From assembly GCF_020745735.1 (NCBI RefSeq), contig NC_083410.1, forward strand, positions 2,764,117 through 2,828,116: DNA of 64,000 nucleotides. The letters are read 5' to 3'. Position numbers and translations under genes: made by a program. The DNA comes from Hemiscyllium ocellatum (lineage: Eukaryota). This document shows positions 36,425-49,479 of the stretch, piece after piece. The notes below the pieces were generated by a model. That model did not search any database, was not told the origin of the DNA, and was given only the letters and a program-made list of their open reading frames with translations. Position 1 is the first letter of the stretch, and the number at the start of each line of letters is the position of its first letter.

Positions 36425-36774
36425 TTAAAGTCTGGTTGAAGATTTGTAGCTCGGGTGTCCGTTGTTGTGGATGATCCACAAACTCCATTAACAGACGCAT
36501 AGACCTGGACCCCATATACAAACCACTACAGCTGAAACTGACACCCGGAAGCGGCAAGAACATCCATCAACAGACACATCGACCTGGACCCCACATACAA
36601 ACTACTACAGCTGAAACTGACACCCGGAAGCGGCAAGAACAAACCACTATAAATACCGGAAGAAACATCAAAGCAGCGCTTCACAGGAGGCTCCAATAGC
36701 ACTGATGATGTTCCCTAGCCAGGGAACGAAACGTTTGCAGCAAAAACTTCCAGCTCGGCGAACAGAACCACAAC
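36425..36774 (+). mobile_element. Poseidon-type PLE 3' fragment with short inverted 5' piece and internal duplication
   Basis: Similar to 10900-11160. 13-bp TSD aaaaagtacatgg at 36412-24 and 36775-87. Confidence 0.85.
36699..36738 (+). ncRNA. Minimal type I hammerhead ribozyme motif (family B, perfect 7-bp stem II)
   Basis: gca CUGAUGA U GUUCCCU agcc AGGGAAC GAA AC-GUU ugc. Confidence 0.8.
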
Positions 36775-37564
36775 AAAAAGTACATGGAATGTTCAGCACA
36801 AAAGTAGGCTGATCTAAGGTAATGGTTGGTAAGTCTGTCTCAGAAAGACCCCCTCCTATCCCTCTTTATCTAACACTAACACCATATCCTACTGTTTTTT
36901 CCACCCTCTTAGGTTTATCCTACTTCCCTCTTTAAATACTTCAAGACTGTTCACCTCAACTACTCCCAACGGGAGCAGATCCCACATTTTCCCCCCTCCT
37001 GTCAATGATTAAATAGCTGGATGAAGAGAACACAGTTAGAAAGATCCAATAAAGTTTCCAGAAGGGAAGATTATCCTTGACAAAGCTGATTGTATTTGTT
37101 AAGGAGCTAACCTATATGAGGGTTGGGGAATGCAGTGGATCTGGTCTAGCTGGACTTTCTGAGAGGTACTTACTGCACAGCAGCTATTGGAGAAGACAAA
37201 GCATGATCGTATCTGGGGAAAAGGAGTACATTTGTTTGAGGGCTGATTAGATGGAGAAAACAGAATAGGAATAAAGAACAGGGTTTATCATCTTGTCCAA
37301 AGATGCCTGAAATCCCATGAAACATTTCTTTCCTGGAGGCTTGCTTATAACCTCAGGAACATTCTAATGATCTCACTTCCTTGTTCACATTGGGTTTCTA
37401 AAGAGCTGAATGCTGCTGTCATTCCATTAGGAGCATCTGGGTTACTTACAGTTTGATTTCAGAATCAGAACAAAGCTCATCTCTCCTAAGAATTGATGAA
37501 GAGGGTTTGGAAATGTCTAGAGTCCACAGACAGAATGCAACAGCCTACACTGAACTAAAGCTGC

Positions 37565-37705
37565 AAACCAGGAGAGAGTGAGGACAGCAGATGCTGGAGA
37601 TGAGAGTCGAGAGTGTGGTGCTGGAAAAGCACAGCTGGTCAGGCAGCATCCGAGGAGCAGGAGAATCAACGTTTCAGGCAAGAGCCCTTCATCAGAAATG
37701 AGGCT
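37565..37705 (-). mobile_element. PLE terminal-repeat copy
   Basis: gtgaggacagcagatgctggag...aacgtttcaggcaagagcccttcatcag. Confidence 0.8.
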
Positions 37706-39392
37706 CACCTTTCTCCATGTCCTTACCCCAACCCCTACACACCAGGCCTTGTTACTACATGGTCAGCTATTACACACAATCCACTAACAACCCCCATTAG
37801 CAGCTATTTGTTTTCCCCAGATGATCATTATCCACACTCCTGTCTGTCCAACTGTTCTCTCTTTGGCCCTATTCCCACATATTCTTTACTCCTTACTTCC
37901 CCTTCCCCCACCTTATCCCCACATTAAAAACATTTTCCAAGTTACTATTAGTTTTGAGGAAGGGTTACTGATGCAAAATGCATTGATTTCTCTTCACAGA
38001 CCTGCTGATGTTTTCCAGTCATTTCGACTTTTCTTTCTGAAACTAATCCATCAGCAAAATACTGCAGATGCTGCAAATCTGAAATAAACACAGAGAGCCC
38101 TGGAGAAACTCAGCAGGTCTGGCATCATCTGTGCGGAGCTACAGAGAGCTCATGTTTCTGGTCTGTAATATTTTACTAGCTCTGATAACAAGCCATTTAC
38201 CTGGGACATTGTCTCTGAGGCTGCCCAACCTGCTCTTGTGTTTCCGGCTCCCTTTATTTCTCAGATTAAAACTTGGGGAAGATTCTTTACCACACAGTCC
38301 TGGGTGAAACTGTGTGAGTTCACATTGTTAATGATCTGGACACACTCACTCAATTGAGGTACATACTCACCCATAACAGCACAGAGGGAGGACATCATAA
38401 CCAGGAGCACAGTACACATCATTTCAGAGTCACGATTCTGTCAGAGCAGCTTCAAGACTTTATAGAGGGGGAGGAGATGAATTTATATTAATAACCATGT
38501 AGCAGCGTCTGTGTATCAGAAAAAAAGCAGCTGGACAGGACAAAAAGTACAAAATAAAATATTCCAAACAAACAGAACCAGTTCCTGGGCTGCCTGCTCA
38601 GCTGGAAGTTGATACAATAGTGTCCAGACACAGGCAGATACTGTCCCCATAGTAGGCCCTGGGCTTTGGCTGATATTTAAGTACAGGTTTCCTTGTCAAA
38701 CAGCTAGTGCCATACCCAAGGGAGAGAGTTGGAGTGCTGCTGGTGTCACTTATGGACACACTGGGTTATTCTCAACAGCCTGAGGAGCTCCTGAAACTCA
38801 AGCAGGCTGTGCTGAGACACTGCCCCGAGATCACGACATGTACCTTGACATGGCGTGTTGTTGTGTGGGGCTGCACAGGAAGCTGATCCTGCAACAATTA
38901 CTCCTTTCCGCAGGTGTAAAGGGCATAGCGTTAGATATCCCATCCCACAGGCACTGAGACTGACTCCATACTGAAAAACATGACCAGTGGGAGTCTGAAT
39001 CACAGCCTGCCAGACAGAGCCAACTGGAACTCAGTGACCCAATGGCAGGGTCATAATCCAACTGGTCACTTTAGGTTAACCACATACACCCTGACCCATT
39101 CAGCTGATGAAACAGTGGCAGAATGCAGGGAACTCCCTGGGCCAAGCCCTATCATTGCCCACAGCTTCTGTTGCTGGTGTCTGCCCTGTTCCATTCGGCT
39201 GTCCCTTTGACCTCTGCAGTACGTTTTCTCAATGACGTTGTATTATCAAAACATGGTTCCTCTTTCTCTCATGGGATGTGAGTGTCACTGGTGAAATCAG
39301 AGTTTGTCCCAAATCTCAAATTACTGTTAAACGGAATGACCCACCAGGGCTGTTTGAGAGTGCTATTAAGAGTCAAACACCTCGTTGTGCCT

Positions 39393-40487
39393 CTGGGTTT
39401 ATTATGGGTTGTGGGTCTGGGTTTATTATGGGTTGTGGGTATGCGTTTATTACGGGGTGTGGGTTGTGTTTATTATGGATTGTGGGTTGGGTTTATTATG
39501 GGGTGTGGGTTTCATTTTATTATGGGGTGTGGGTCTGGGTATATTATGGGGAGTGGGTCTGGGTTTATTATCAGGTGTGGTTTTAATTTTATTATGGGGT
39601 GTGGGTCTGGATTTATTATGGGGTGTGGATCTGGGTTTATTATGGGTTGTGGGTCTGAGTTTATTATGGGGTGTGGGTCTGGGTTCATTATGGGTTGTGG
39701 GTCTGGGTTTATTATGGGTTGAGGGTCTGTGTTTATTATGGGGTGTGGGTCTGGGTTTATAATGGGTTGTGAGTCTGGGTTTATTATGGGGTGTGTGTCT
39801 GGGTTTATTATGGATTTTGGGTCTGGGTTTATTATGGGTTGTGGGTCTGGGTTTATTATGGGTTGAGGGTCTGTGTTTATTATGGGGTGTGGGTCTGGGT
39901 TTATAATGGGTTGTGAGTCTGGGTTTATTATGGATTTTGGGTCTGGGTTTATTATGGGGTGTGGGTCTGAGTTTATTATGGGGTGTGGGTCTGGGTTTAT
40001 TATGGGGTGTGGGTCTGGGTTTATTATGGGTTGTGGGTCTGGGTTTATTATGGGGTGTGGGTCTGGGTTTATTATGGGTTGTGGGTCTGGGTTTATTATG
40101 GGGTGTGGATCTGAGTTTATTATGGGTTGTGGGTCTTTGTTTATTGTGAGTTGTGGGTCTGAGTTTATTGTGGGGTGTGGGTCTGGGTTTATTATGGGGT
40201 GTGGGTCTGGGTTTATTATGGGGTATGGGTCTGAGTTTATTATGGGGTGTGGGTCTAATTTTATTATGGGGTGTGGGTCTGGGTTTATTATGGGGTGTGG
40301 GTCTAATTTTATTATGGGGTGTGGGTCTGGGTTTATTATGGGGTGTGAGTCTGGGTTTATTATGGGGTGTGGGTCTGGGTTTATTATGGGGTGTGGGTCT
40401 GGGTTTATTAGGGGGTGTGGATCTGGTTTTATTGTGGGGTGCGGGTCTGGGTTTATTGTGGATTGTGGGTGTGGGTTTATTTTGGGT
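39393..40487. repeat. 24-bp G-rich minisatellite (gggtgtgggtctgggtttattatg)
   Basis: About 45 units with three GGG runs per unit. Confidence 0.95.
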
Positions 40488-40589
40488 CCTGCACTTATTG
40501 TCCTGTCCAGCTGCTATTCCTGATGCACAGGCTCTGCCACCTGGTTGTTCATATAAATTTGTCAAAAAGAAAACTCAGAGGTTTAGCTG

Positions 40590-43500
40590 TGCATGGAACA
40601 TAGGAGTAAGGATGTCTTGTCGCAACTTTATAAAACATAGGTTCGATTATATATAGAATATTATGTGCAGTTCTAATCACCACACTGTTGGAAGGACATA
40701 ACTGCACTGGAGAGGGTACAGAGGAGATTCACCCTTGGGAGGTGGCTATCACTGGCTGGGCCAGCATTTATTGCCCATTGTTCGTTACCTTTGAGAAAGT
40801 GGGATTGAGCTGTCTTCTTGAACTGCTGCAGTCCATGTGCTGTAGATATCATCTACAGCCGCAGGTAAGGTGCTGGAGGACTGGAGAGGAGCCAGTATTG
40901 TGCCTTTATTTAAGAATGACTGTAAGGAGAAGCCTAGGAACTACAGGGCCGTGAACATGACATCAGTGATGAGTAAGTTGTTGAAATTGATTCTGAGAGA
41001 GAGGATGTACATGCATTTGGAAAGGCAAGGACTGATTAGGGATAGTCAGCATGACTTTGTGTGAGGGAAAACATGTCTCACAAACCTGACTGAGTGTTTG
41101 TGGACGTAACCAAAATGATTGAAGAATGCAGAAAGGTGGATGTTGTCTACCTGGATTTTAGTAAAGCCTTTGGCAAGGTTCCTCCTGGTAGACTGATTCG
41201 CAAAGTTAGATTACATGTAATTCAGGATGAGCTAGCCAATTGGCTTGACTTTGGAGACTGAGGGTAGCAGTGGAGGATTGTTTTTCAGACTGGAGGGCAG
41301 TGACCCAGCGGGGTTCCACAGAGATAAGTGCTGGACCCACTTTGGGTTATCATTTACAGAAATGACTTAAATGAGAATTTAGATGGCGTGGTTATGAACT
41401 TTGTGGATGACACCAAAATTGGTGGCATTGATGACAGTGAAGAAGGCTAACTAAGACCACTCTACCAATCTTGGTGATATCTGCAAACTTGCTGAACATT
41501 TCCCCCACACTTTCATCTGAATAATTTCTGAAGATAACAAACAATAATTGTCCCAGTACTGATCTCTGTGTTATATCCCTGGATACCAGCCTCCAATCAC
41601 TCAAACAACCTTCTACTAATAGCCTGTGGGTCCTATTGCTCATGATGTGGTGATGCTGGTGTTGGACTGGGGTGGACAAGGTCAGAAATCACATGACACC
41701 AAGTTATAGTCCAACAGCTTCATTTGCAATCACATGCTTTCAGAGTGTAACTCCTTTGTAAATTGAAGTCATTTCAGCACTTCGAAAGCTTAGGATTTCA
41801 AATCAACCTGTTGGACTATAACCTGTGACTTCTGATTTTGTCTGATGACGAGCCAATCTTCTGATCCATCTCACCCGATTTCCCTCAATTCCATGTGCTT
41901 TAACGTTCTCAATCAGTTTCTCATGTGGGACCCTGTCAAACGCTTTCCTAACATTCACAGGAGCAGACTGTATGGGAAAGTATTTAATTGGGGGAGGGGG
42001 AATTACAATGCTATTAGGCAGGAACTGGGCAGCAGAAATTGGGAACAGATGTTCTCAGGGAAATGCGTGACAGAAATGTAGAGGCTGTTTCAGAAGCAGT
42101 TACTGATAGTGCTGGATAGGTTTGTCCCACTGAGGCAAGGAAGGGATGGGAGGGTGAAGGAACCTTGGATGACCAGGGATGTGGAACATCTTAGGGTCAT
42201 AGAGTCATAAAGATGTACAACACGGAAACAGTCCCTTCGGTCCAACCTGTCCACGCTGACCAGATATCCCATCCCAATCTAGTGCCACCTGCCAGCACCC
42301 GGCCCATATCCCTCCAAACCCTTCCTATCCATATACCCATCCAAATGCCTCTCCAATGTTGAAATTGTACCAGCCTCCACCACTTCCTCTGGCAGCTCAT
42401 TCCATACATGTACCACCTTCTGCATGAAAAAGTTGCCCCTTAGGTCTCTTTTATATCTTTCCCCTCTTACCCTAAACCTATGCTGTCTAGTTCTGGACTC
42501 CACAATCCCGGGGAAAAGACTTTGTCTATTTATCCTATCCATGACCCTCATAATTTTGTAAGCCTCTATAAGGTCACCCCTCAGCCTCCGATGCTCCAGG
42601 GAAAACAGACCCAGCCTGTTCAGCCTCTCCCTGTAGCTCAAATCCTCCAACCCTGGCAACATCCTTGTAAATCTTTTCTGAACCCTTTCAAGTTTCACAA
42701 CATTTTTCCAATAGGAAGGAGACCAGAATTGCACACAATATTCCAACAGTGGCCTAACCAATGTCTTGTACAGCTGCAACATGACCTCCAACTCCTGTAC
42801 TCAATACAATTCTCTATTCCTGAGATGCTGCCTAACCTGCTGTGCTTTGACCAGCAACACATTTGCAGCTGTGATCTCCAGCATCTGCAGACCTCATTTT
42901 TTACTCAATACTCTGACCAATAAAGGAAAGCATACCAAATGACTTCTTCACTATCCTATCTACTTGCGACTCCACTTTCAAGGAGCCATGAACCTGCACT
43001 CCAAGGTCTCTTTGTTCAGCAACACTCCCTAGGACCTTACCCTTAACTGTATAAGTCCTGCTAAGATTTGCTTTCCCAAAATGCAGCACCTCACATTTAT
43101 CTGAATTAAACTCCATCTGCCACTTCTCAGCCCATTGGCCCATCTGGTCCAGATCCTGTTGTAATCTGAGGTAACCCTCTCCGCTGTCCACTACACCTCC
43201 AATTTTGGTGTCATCTAGTCAATAGGAAGAAGGAAGCTTACTTCAGGTTGAGGAGGCAAGGATCAGACAGGACTCTAGAGGGTTACAAGGTAGCCAGGAA
43301 GGAACTGAAGAATGGATTTAGGAGAGCTAGAAGGAGACATTCTACATTTATGTGAGGAACAAGAGGATGGCCAGAGAGGGCTGATCAGGGATAGTAGAGG
43401 GAACTTGTGCCTGGAGTCAGAGGAGGTAAGGGAGGTCCTTAGTGAATACTTTGCTTCAATATTCACTAATGAGAGGGACCTTGTCGTTTCTGAGAACAGC

Positions 43501-44930
43501 GTGAAACAGGCTGAGATACTTGAACAGGTTCATGTTAAGAAGGAGGGCGTGCTGAAAATCTTGGAAAACTTAAGGATAGATAAGTCACCTGGGCAGATGG
43601 GATATACCTTAATTTATTACAGGAAGTGAGAGAAGAGATTGTTGCATCTTTGGAGATGATTTTATGTCCTCACTGTCCACTGGAGTAGTGCCAGATGATT
43701 GGAGGGTGGCAAATGGTATTCCCTTGTTTAAGAAAGGGAGTAGGGATAAGACTCCAGTCAGTCTTATGTCAGTGAGGGGCAAATTACTGGAGGTGATCCT
43801 AAGAGGTAGGATTTATGATTAGAGACAGTCAGCATGGCTTTGTGAGGGACAGGTCATGCCTCACAAACCTTAATGAAGTCTTTGAGGATATGACAAAACA
43901 CATTGATGAAGGTAGAGCAGTGGCTATGGTGTACATGGATTTTAGCAAGGTGTTTGATAAGGTTCCCCACGGTAGGCTCATTCAGAACGTAAGAAGGCAT
44001 GGGATACAGGATACAGAACTGGCTGGCCTATGGAAGACAGAGGGTGGTGGTAGATGGAAAGTATTCAGCCTGGAGCTCGGTGACCAGTGGTGTTCTGCAG
44101 GGATCTGTTCTGGGACCTCTGCTCTTTGTGATTTTTATAAATGACTTGGATGAGGAAGTGGAAGGGTGGGTTAGTAAGTTTGTCAATGAACAATGGTTGT
44201 AGGAGTTGTGGATAGTGTGGAGGACTGTTGTAGGTTGCAATGGGACATTGACAGGATGCAGAACTGGGCTGAGAAGTGGCAGATGGAGTTCAACCTGGAA
44301 AAGTGTGAAGTGATTCATTTTGGAAGGTTGGATTTGAATGCAGAATACAGGGTTAGAGGCAGGATTCTTGGCAGTGTGGAGGAACAGAGGGATGTTGGGG
44401 TCCATGTCCATAGATCCATCAAAGTTGCTCAAGTTGATAGAGTTGTTAAGGAGGTATGTGGTGTGTTGGCTTTCCCTGAGCAGAGGGACTATATTTAAGA
44501 GTGTGAGGTTATGCTGCAGTTATATAAAGCAAAGGTTAGACCATACTTGGAATATTGTGTTCAGTTGTGGTTGCCTCATTACAGGATGAATATGGAAGCT
44601 TTAGAGAGGGTGCAGGGGAGATTTACCAGGATGCTGCCTGGACTGGAGAGCATGTCTTATGAAGAGGGGTTGAGGGAGCTAGGGCTTTTCTCATTGGAGA
44701 GAGGAAGGATGAGAGGTGACTTGATAGAGGAGTACAAGATGTTGAGAGGCACAGAGAGAGTGGGTAGCCAGAGATATTTCGCCAGGGCAAAAATGTGTCA
44801 TGAGGGGTAATAATTTTAAGGTGACTGGAGGAAGGTTTAGGGGAGGAGATGTCAGAAGTAGGTTATTTCCACAGAAAGTGGTGGGTGAGAGAAACGCACT
44901 GCCAGCAGTGGTAGTAGAGTCAGATACATT
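40590..44930. mobile_element. Nested mosaic of CR1 LINE fragments (with small PLE-terminal pieces at ~41645-41835 and ~42820-42900)
   Basis: RT motifs on the plus strand (40870-41440, 43260-44930). 3' ends on the minus strand (42198-42810, 42900-43216). Confidence 0.85.
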
Positions 44931-44932
44931 AG

Positions 44933-45500
44933 GCGAAAGTGAGGACTGCAGATGCTGGAGATCAGAGTCAAGTGTGGCACTGGAAAAGCACAGCAGGTCA
45001 GGCAGCATCCGAGGAGCAGGAGAATCCATGCTTCAGGCATAAGCTCTTCATCAGGAATGAGGCTTGTGGACCAGGGGTGCTGAAAGATAAATGGGAGAGG
45101 GTGGGGTTGGGGGGAAGGTAGCTGAGAAAGCAATAGGGAGATGAAGGTGGGGGCGATGGAGATAAGTCAGAGGGAGGTTGGAATGGATAGATGGGAAAGG
45201 GTGAAGGACAGGTCCAGAGGGGGTGCCTTGTTGGAGGTTTGGAACTGGGATAGTGTGGGGAGACGGAAAACGAGGTAGCTGTTGAAATCCACATTGATCC
45301 AGTGTGTGTTGCAAGGTCCCGAGGCTGAATACGAGGCATTGTTTTTAAACCTTGTCTACCCCAGCTCCACCACATCTTTTCCCAGACAGAGATTCCGTAC
45401 TCAGGGTAAATCCTTGAGTTCACTTCGGCTGCGTCTGCTTTATCTGCTCTGACACCCCACCACCCCTCCAAACCCGCACCCCGCCCCCCCTTCACCCTAT
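44933..45500 (-). mobile_element. Neptune-type PLE 3' fragment (decayed)
   Basis: Terminal repeat at 44933-45060 followed by degenerate C-terminal coding sequence. Confidence 0.75.
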
Positions 45501-46269
45501 CCCAGAGTGGCCTTGTTGAGAACTGTTCGAACAGACTTGTGAGCCGACAGGATTCCGAGGCATTGGCAGAACTTTGGAAAAGTGGGGTTTGCTTTGAAGA
45601 TCCAGGGCAGAGGAAATGACATGATTCATTGTGGCTGAGCAGACCTCACAGGAACATCTTTCCAAATCATTTCAGCAACTGAATGTGTTCCTTCCATCTC
45701 TGGCTATCCATCACCCTTCACCAGGTCAGAATCCCTGACTCCCTGGCATTAGCTGCACCATCAATGCAGTGATGGGGGCCCCAGTACAAGCCCATCTTCT
45801 CTGGGCATTAGTCACAGTATCTCAAAATACTCAGACAGCTGACAGCACTCTTCTCTGAAAATAACCTTCAATGGCTTCCGCAGCCCTGGTGGAGGGTGGT
45901 GTGAAATGGAACAGAAACAAACTCAAACAGTTCACAGAAACTGAAAGAACTGTGGATGCTGGAAATCAGAAACAACATCAGAATTGCTGGAAAAGCTCAG
46001 TGTCTTCAGGCAGAAATTAGGGTTACCGTTTCAGGTCAACTGACTGTTCAGAAACATTAACTGTGATTTCTCTCCACAGATGCTGCCAGACCTATTGAGC
46101 TTTTCTGTTTTTGTCTCAAACAATTAGCAGAAATGGAAAGAACTACACTGGAAACTTATCAAAACAACATTCTCCAGAGGACGATGCTCCTTAGTCACTG
46201 AAGGTCTGCATTGTGTCAGTGAGGGGACAGTGTATGCTCCTTCTCAAAGGACACCGAGCTCAGAGCCCC

Positions 46270-46455
46270 CTCTCCAAAGTCCCTCCTCCCTACCTTTTAT
46301 CTTAGCCTGCTGGACACACTTCCCTCATTCCTGATGAAGGGCTCATGCCCGAAACGTCGATTCTCCTGCTCCTTGGATGCTGCCTGACCTACTGCGCTTT
46401 TCCAGCAACACATTTTCAGCTCCGATCTCCACCATCTGCAGTCCTCACTTTCTCC
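46270..46455 (+). mobile_element. PLE 3' terminal fragment with intact hammerhead core (46327-46362)
   Basis: auuc CUGAUGA A GGGC ucau GCCC GAA AC-GUC gauu. Confidence 0.85.
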
Positions 46456-47403
46456 ACCAAGCTCAGAGATCACTGTGAACGAGAGGCAGGCATTCAGGCA
46501 CAATGACCATCCCCCCGCCAACTCTGAACACCACCAACCCCCCACCACCCACGCCTCCACTCTAACCCCCACCACACACACCCCCCCCCCACCCTCCCCA
46601 AAACCCCAGTTGTGGCCTGTTGATGGGCACTTTGGCCAGGCCCAGGAGCTTAGCCGCAAGGCCCTCCACCAACCACCTTTTCTCTGCTGAATCTAAGAGC
46701 CAACCTAATTAGAAGTGATGGAGGATAAATCACTTTGGCCTCTTAACAATTAGAGGCACTTGCCTGAACAAACAGACGCACCTCAATGCACAGCAACAAC
46801 AGGTAAAGTTACAATGATAAATGAGGCCTAATTACAAATGTCATCAGAAGCCAGAGATATCTGATTGGGACCTCATTCCAGATTCGCCCTTTTCCACCCA
46901 AAGACTACATGACATCATCAGATAAACATAGAAAGTTAGAGGCTATGCACAGATGGAGGCCATTCGGCCCTTCAAGCCGCTCCACCATTTATCACCATCA
47001 TGGCTGATCATCCAACTCCATAGCCTAATCCTGCTGTCTCCCCATAACCATTGATCCTGTCCACCCCAGGGGCTAAATCTAGCTGCCTCTTGAATGTATC
47101 CAATGTTTTGGCATCAACTCCTTCCTGTGGTAATGAATTCCCCAGACTCACCACTCTTTGGATAAAGAAATGTCTCCTTATCTCTGTCCTAAATGATCCA
47201 TTTAACAAGCAACATGGCAGTGGGTAGCAGTACAGCCTGAGGGCTGCTCAGCCCAGGAACTTGTCTACTCCATCTGCATCTTACATTTTCCTTTCTCTCC
47301 TTTATCTAAATGTTTCCATTTATTATCTTGCCTTTGCTAACTTCTTCAGTGGAAGGTGTCTTCTCCAGGCCTGGGCTCAGTGAACAGGAGGCTTCCAGCC
47401 CAA

Positions 47404-48132
47404 TATGGAGGTCCCGGCCTGGTGTGGAGGGTCCTGGCCTGGTGTGGAGGGTCCTGGCCCGGTGTGGAGGGTCCCGGCCCGGTGTGGAGGGTCCTGGCCT
47501 GGTGTGGAGGGTCCCGGCCCGGTGTGGAGGGTCCCAGCCCGGTGTGGAGGGTCCCAGCCCGATGTGGAGTGTCCCGGCCCGGTGTGCAGGATCCCGGCCT
47601 GATGTGCAGGATCCCAACCTGGTGTGGAGGGCCCCGGCCTGGTGTGGAGGGCCCCGGCCTGGTGTGGAGGGCCCGGCCTGGTGTGGAGGGTCCCGGCCTG
47701 ATGTGGAGGGCCCCGGCCCGGTGTGGAGGGTCCCGGCCCGGTGTGGAGGGCCCCGGCCCGGTGTGGAGGGTCCCGGCCCGGTGTGGAGGGTCCCGGCCCG
47801 GTGTGGAGGGTCCCGGCCCGGTGTGGAGGGCCCCGGCCTGGTGTGGAGGGCCCCGGCCTGGTGTGGAGGACCCCGGCCTGGTGTGGAGGGTCCCGGCCTG
47901 GTGTGGAGGGTCCTGGCCCGGTGTGGAGGATCCCGGCCCGGTGTGGAGGGCCCTGGCCCGGTGTGGAGGATCCCGGCCTGGTGTGCGGGATCCCAGCCTG
48001 GTGTGGAGGGTCCCGGCCCGGTGTGCAGGATCCCGGCCCGGTGTGGAGGGTCCCGGCCCGGTGTGGAGTGTCCCGGCCTGGTGTGGAGGGTCCCGGCCTG
48101 GTGTGGAGGGTCCCGGCCCGGTGTGGAGGGTG
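47404..48132. repeat. 20-bp GC-rich minisatellite (ggtgtggagggtcccggccc)
   Basis: About 36 units seen by direct inspection. Confidence 0.95.
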
Positions 48133-49045
48133 CAGCCCAGTGTGGGGTTCTCTTTGGCAGCAGCTTCCGAATTTCCGCTGATCATCATCTTCATCAACAT
48201 CCCCAGAACTGAAATTGATCTGTGATGAAATGTTTTATTTTTACTTTTTTCTTCCTATCTCTGACTTCTATCATTAATCCAGGTGTTGAGAAATAATAGT
48301 CCATTCTTGGAATGGAATAGAATAGTAATTTATTGTCTCATGTAGTTTTACAGAAATCTGTGCTGACATTTTCACTGCATTTGTTTCGGTCAAACTACAC
48401 GTGACAATGAATCGCTATTCTATTCCATTCCTGGAATGGGCTATCACTTTTCAACTTTGCTGTCGTCACTAGAGCTGGAAATGTTTCTTTGAAAGATTTG
48501 CAATATTTCTCTTGAACTTGTCTCAACATGTTATCTGGTAACAGGCTATAACACCTTATTCAGCAGACTGTGTTACTTCCTGAACAACGTCTGTTCAACA
48601 TTCTTGATTTAATTTGAGGTGTTACTGTCAAATGTGTTGCGATACAGTGAAAGTATGGTATTTTGTGCAATCCATGTAAATCATACCATACACCAGGGAA
48701 ATGGAACAGAACACAGAATCTAATGTTACAGCTACAGAGAAGGTGCAGAGAAAGATCAACTCAAATATAAGTGAGATCCGTTCATAAGTCTGAATCTGTT
48801 GATACATGTTTTCAAATGTTTGTATCTTCTGTCTAATGGAAGAAGCTGGAAGAGTGGATAAACAGGGTGGAATAATGGGGTCACCTGGGTTAAACTGCTC
48901 CTTCTTGACCTCAGGATCTGTTTCCTCTGGCTGTTTGACGGTTGGACAACAGTTTCTAACCTAATAAGTGAACTCCTCCTGCTATTTAAGAATGTTGAGA
49001 TCAAGGTACTTTCAGACTCAAAAGGGAGGTGTTGATTGTGAGTTT

Positions 49046-49348
49046 TAGATTAGATTACTTACAGTGTGGAAACAGGCCCTTCGGCCCAACAAGTCCACAC
49101 CCACCCGCCGAAGCGCAACCCACCCATACCCCTACATTTACCCCTTACCTAACACTACGGGCAATTTAGCATGGCCAATTCACCTGACCCGCACATCTTT
49201 GGACTGTGGGAGGAAACCGGAGCACCCAGAGGAAACCCACGCAGACACGGGGAGAATGTGCAAACTCCACACAGTCAGTCGCCTGAGTCGGGAATTGAAC
49301 CCGGGTCTCAGGCGCTGTGAGGCAGCAGTGCTAACCACTGTGCCACCC
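49046..49348 (-). mobile_element. Young HE1-type V-SINE
   Basis: Reverse complement of 679-965 and 26825-27148. Confidence 0.9.
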
Positions 49349-49479
49349 ACATGCAGGTATTTTCAATTCTCTTCCATTGCCTTTGTGCTGTTGCGTCACT
49401 TATAGCCAGCCCATACTCTGGAGAGTTCTTTCACCTGGAGTGTATGGTTTTATCACTGCCAGCTATAATCTCAGTTCCT

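Noticed and set aside
37450-37480. Minus-strand MSFVLILKSN + phase-1 GTAAGT donor as leader exon
   Set aside because: Splicing to V1 would create T|AA, a stop codon, and the peptide is too short for a signal sequence.
39278-40656. Several long ORFs (MGCGSGFI, HNKPRPTP, LLWGVGLG repeats)
   Set aside because: All are alternative frames of the 24-bp array, with no splice or start context.
47310-48225. MFPFIILPLLTSSVEG as a signal peptide on a 300-aa ORF
   Set aside because: The hydrophobic start is a pyrimidine tract and the remainder is the 20-bp minisatellite. Kept only as a low-interest finding.
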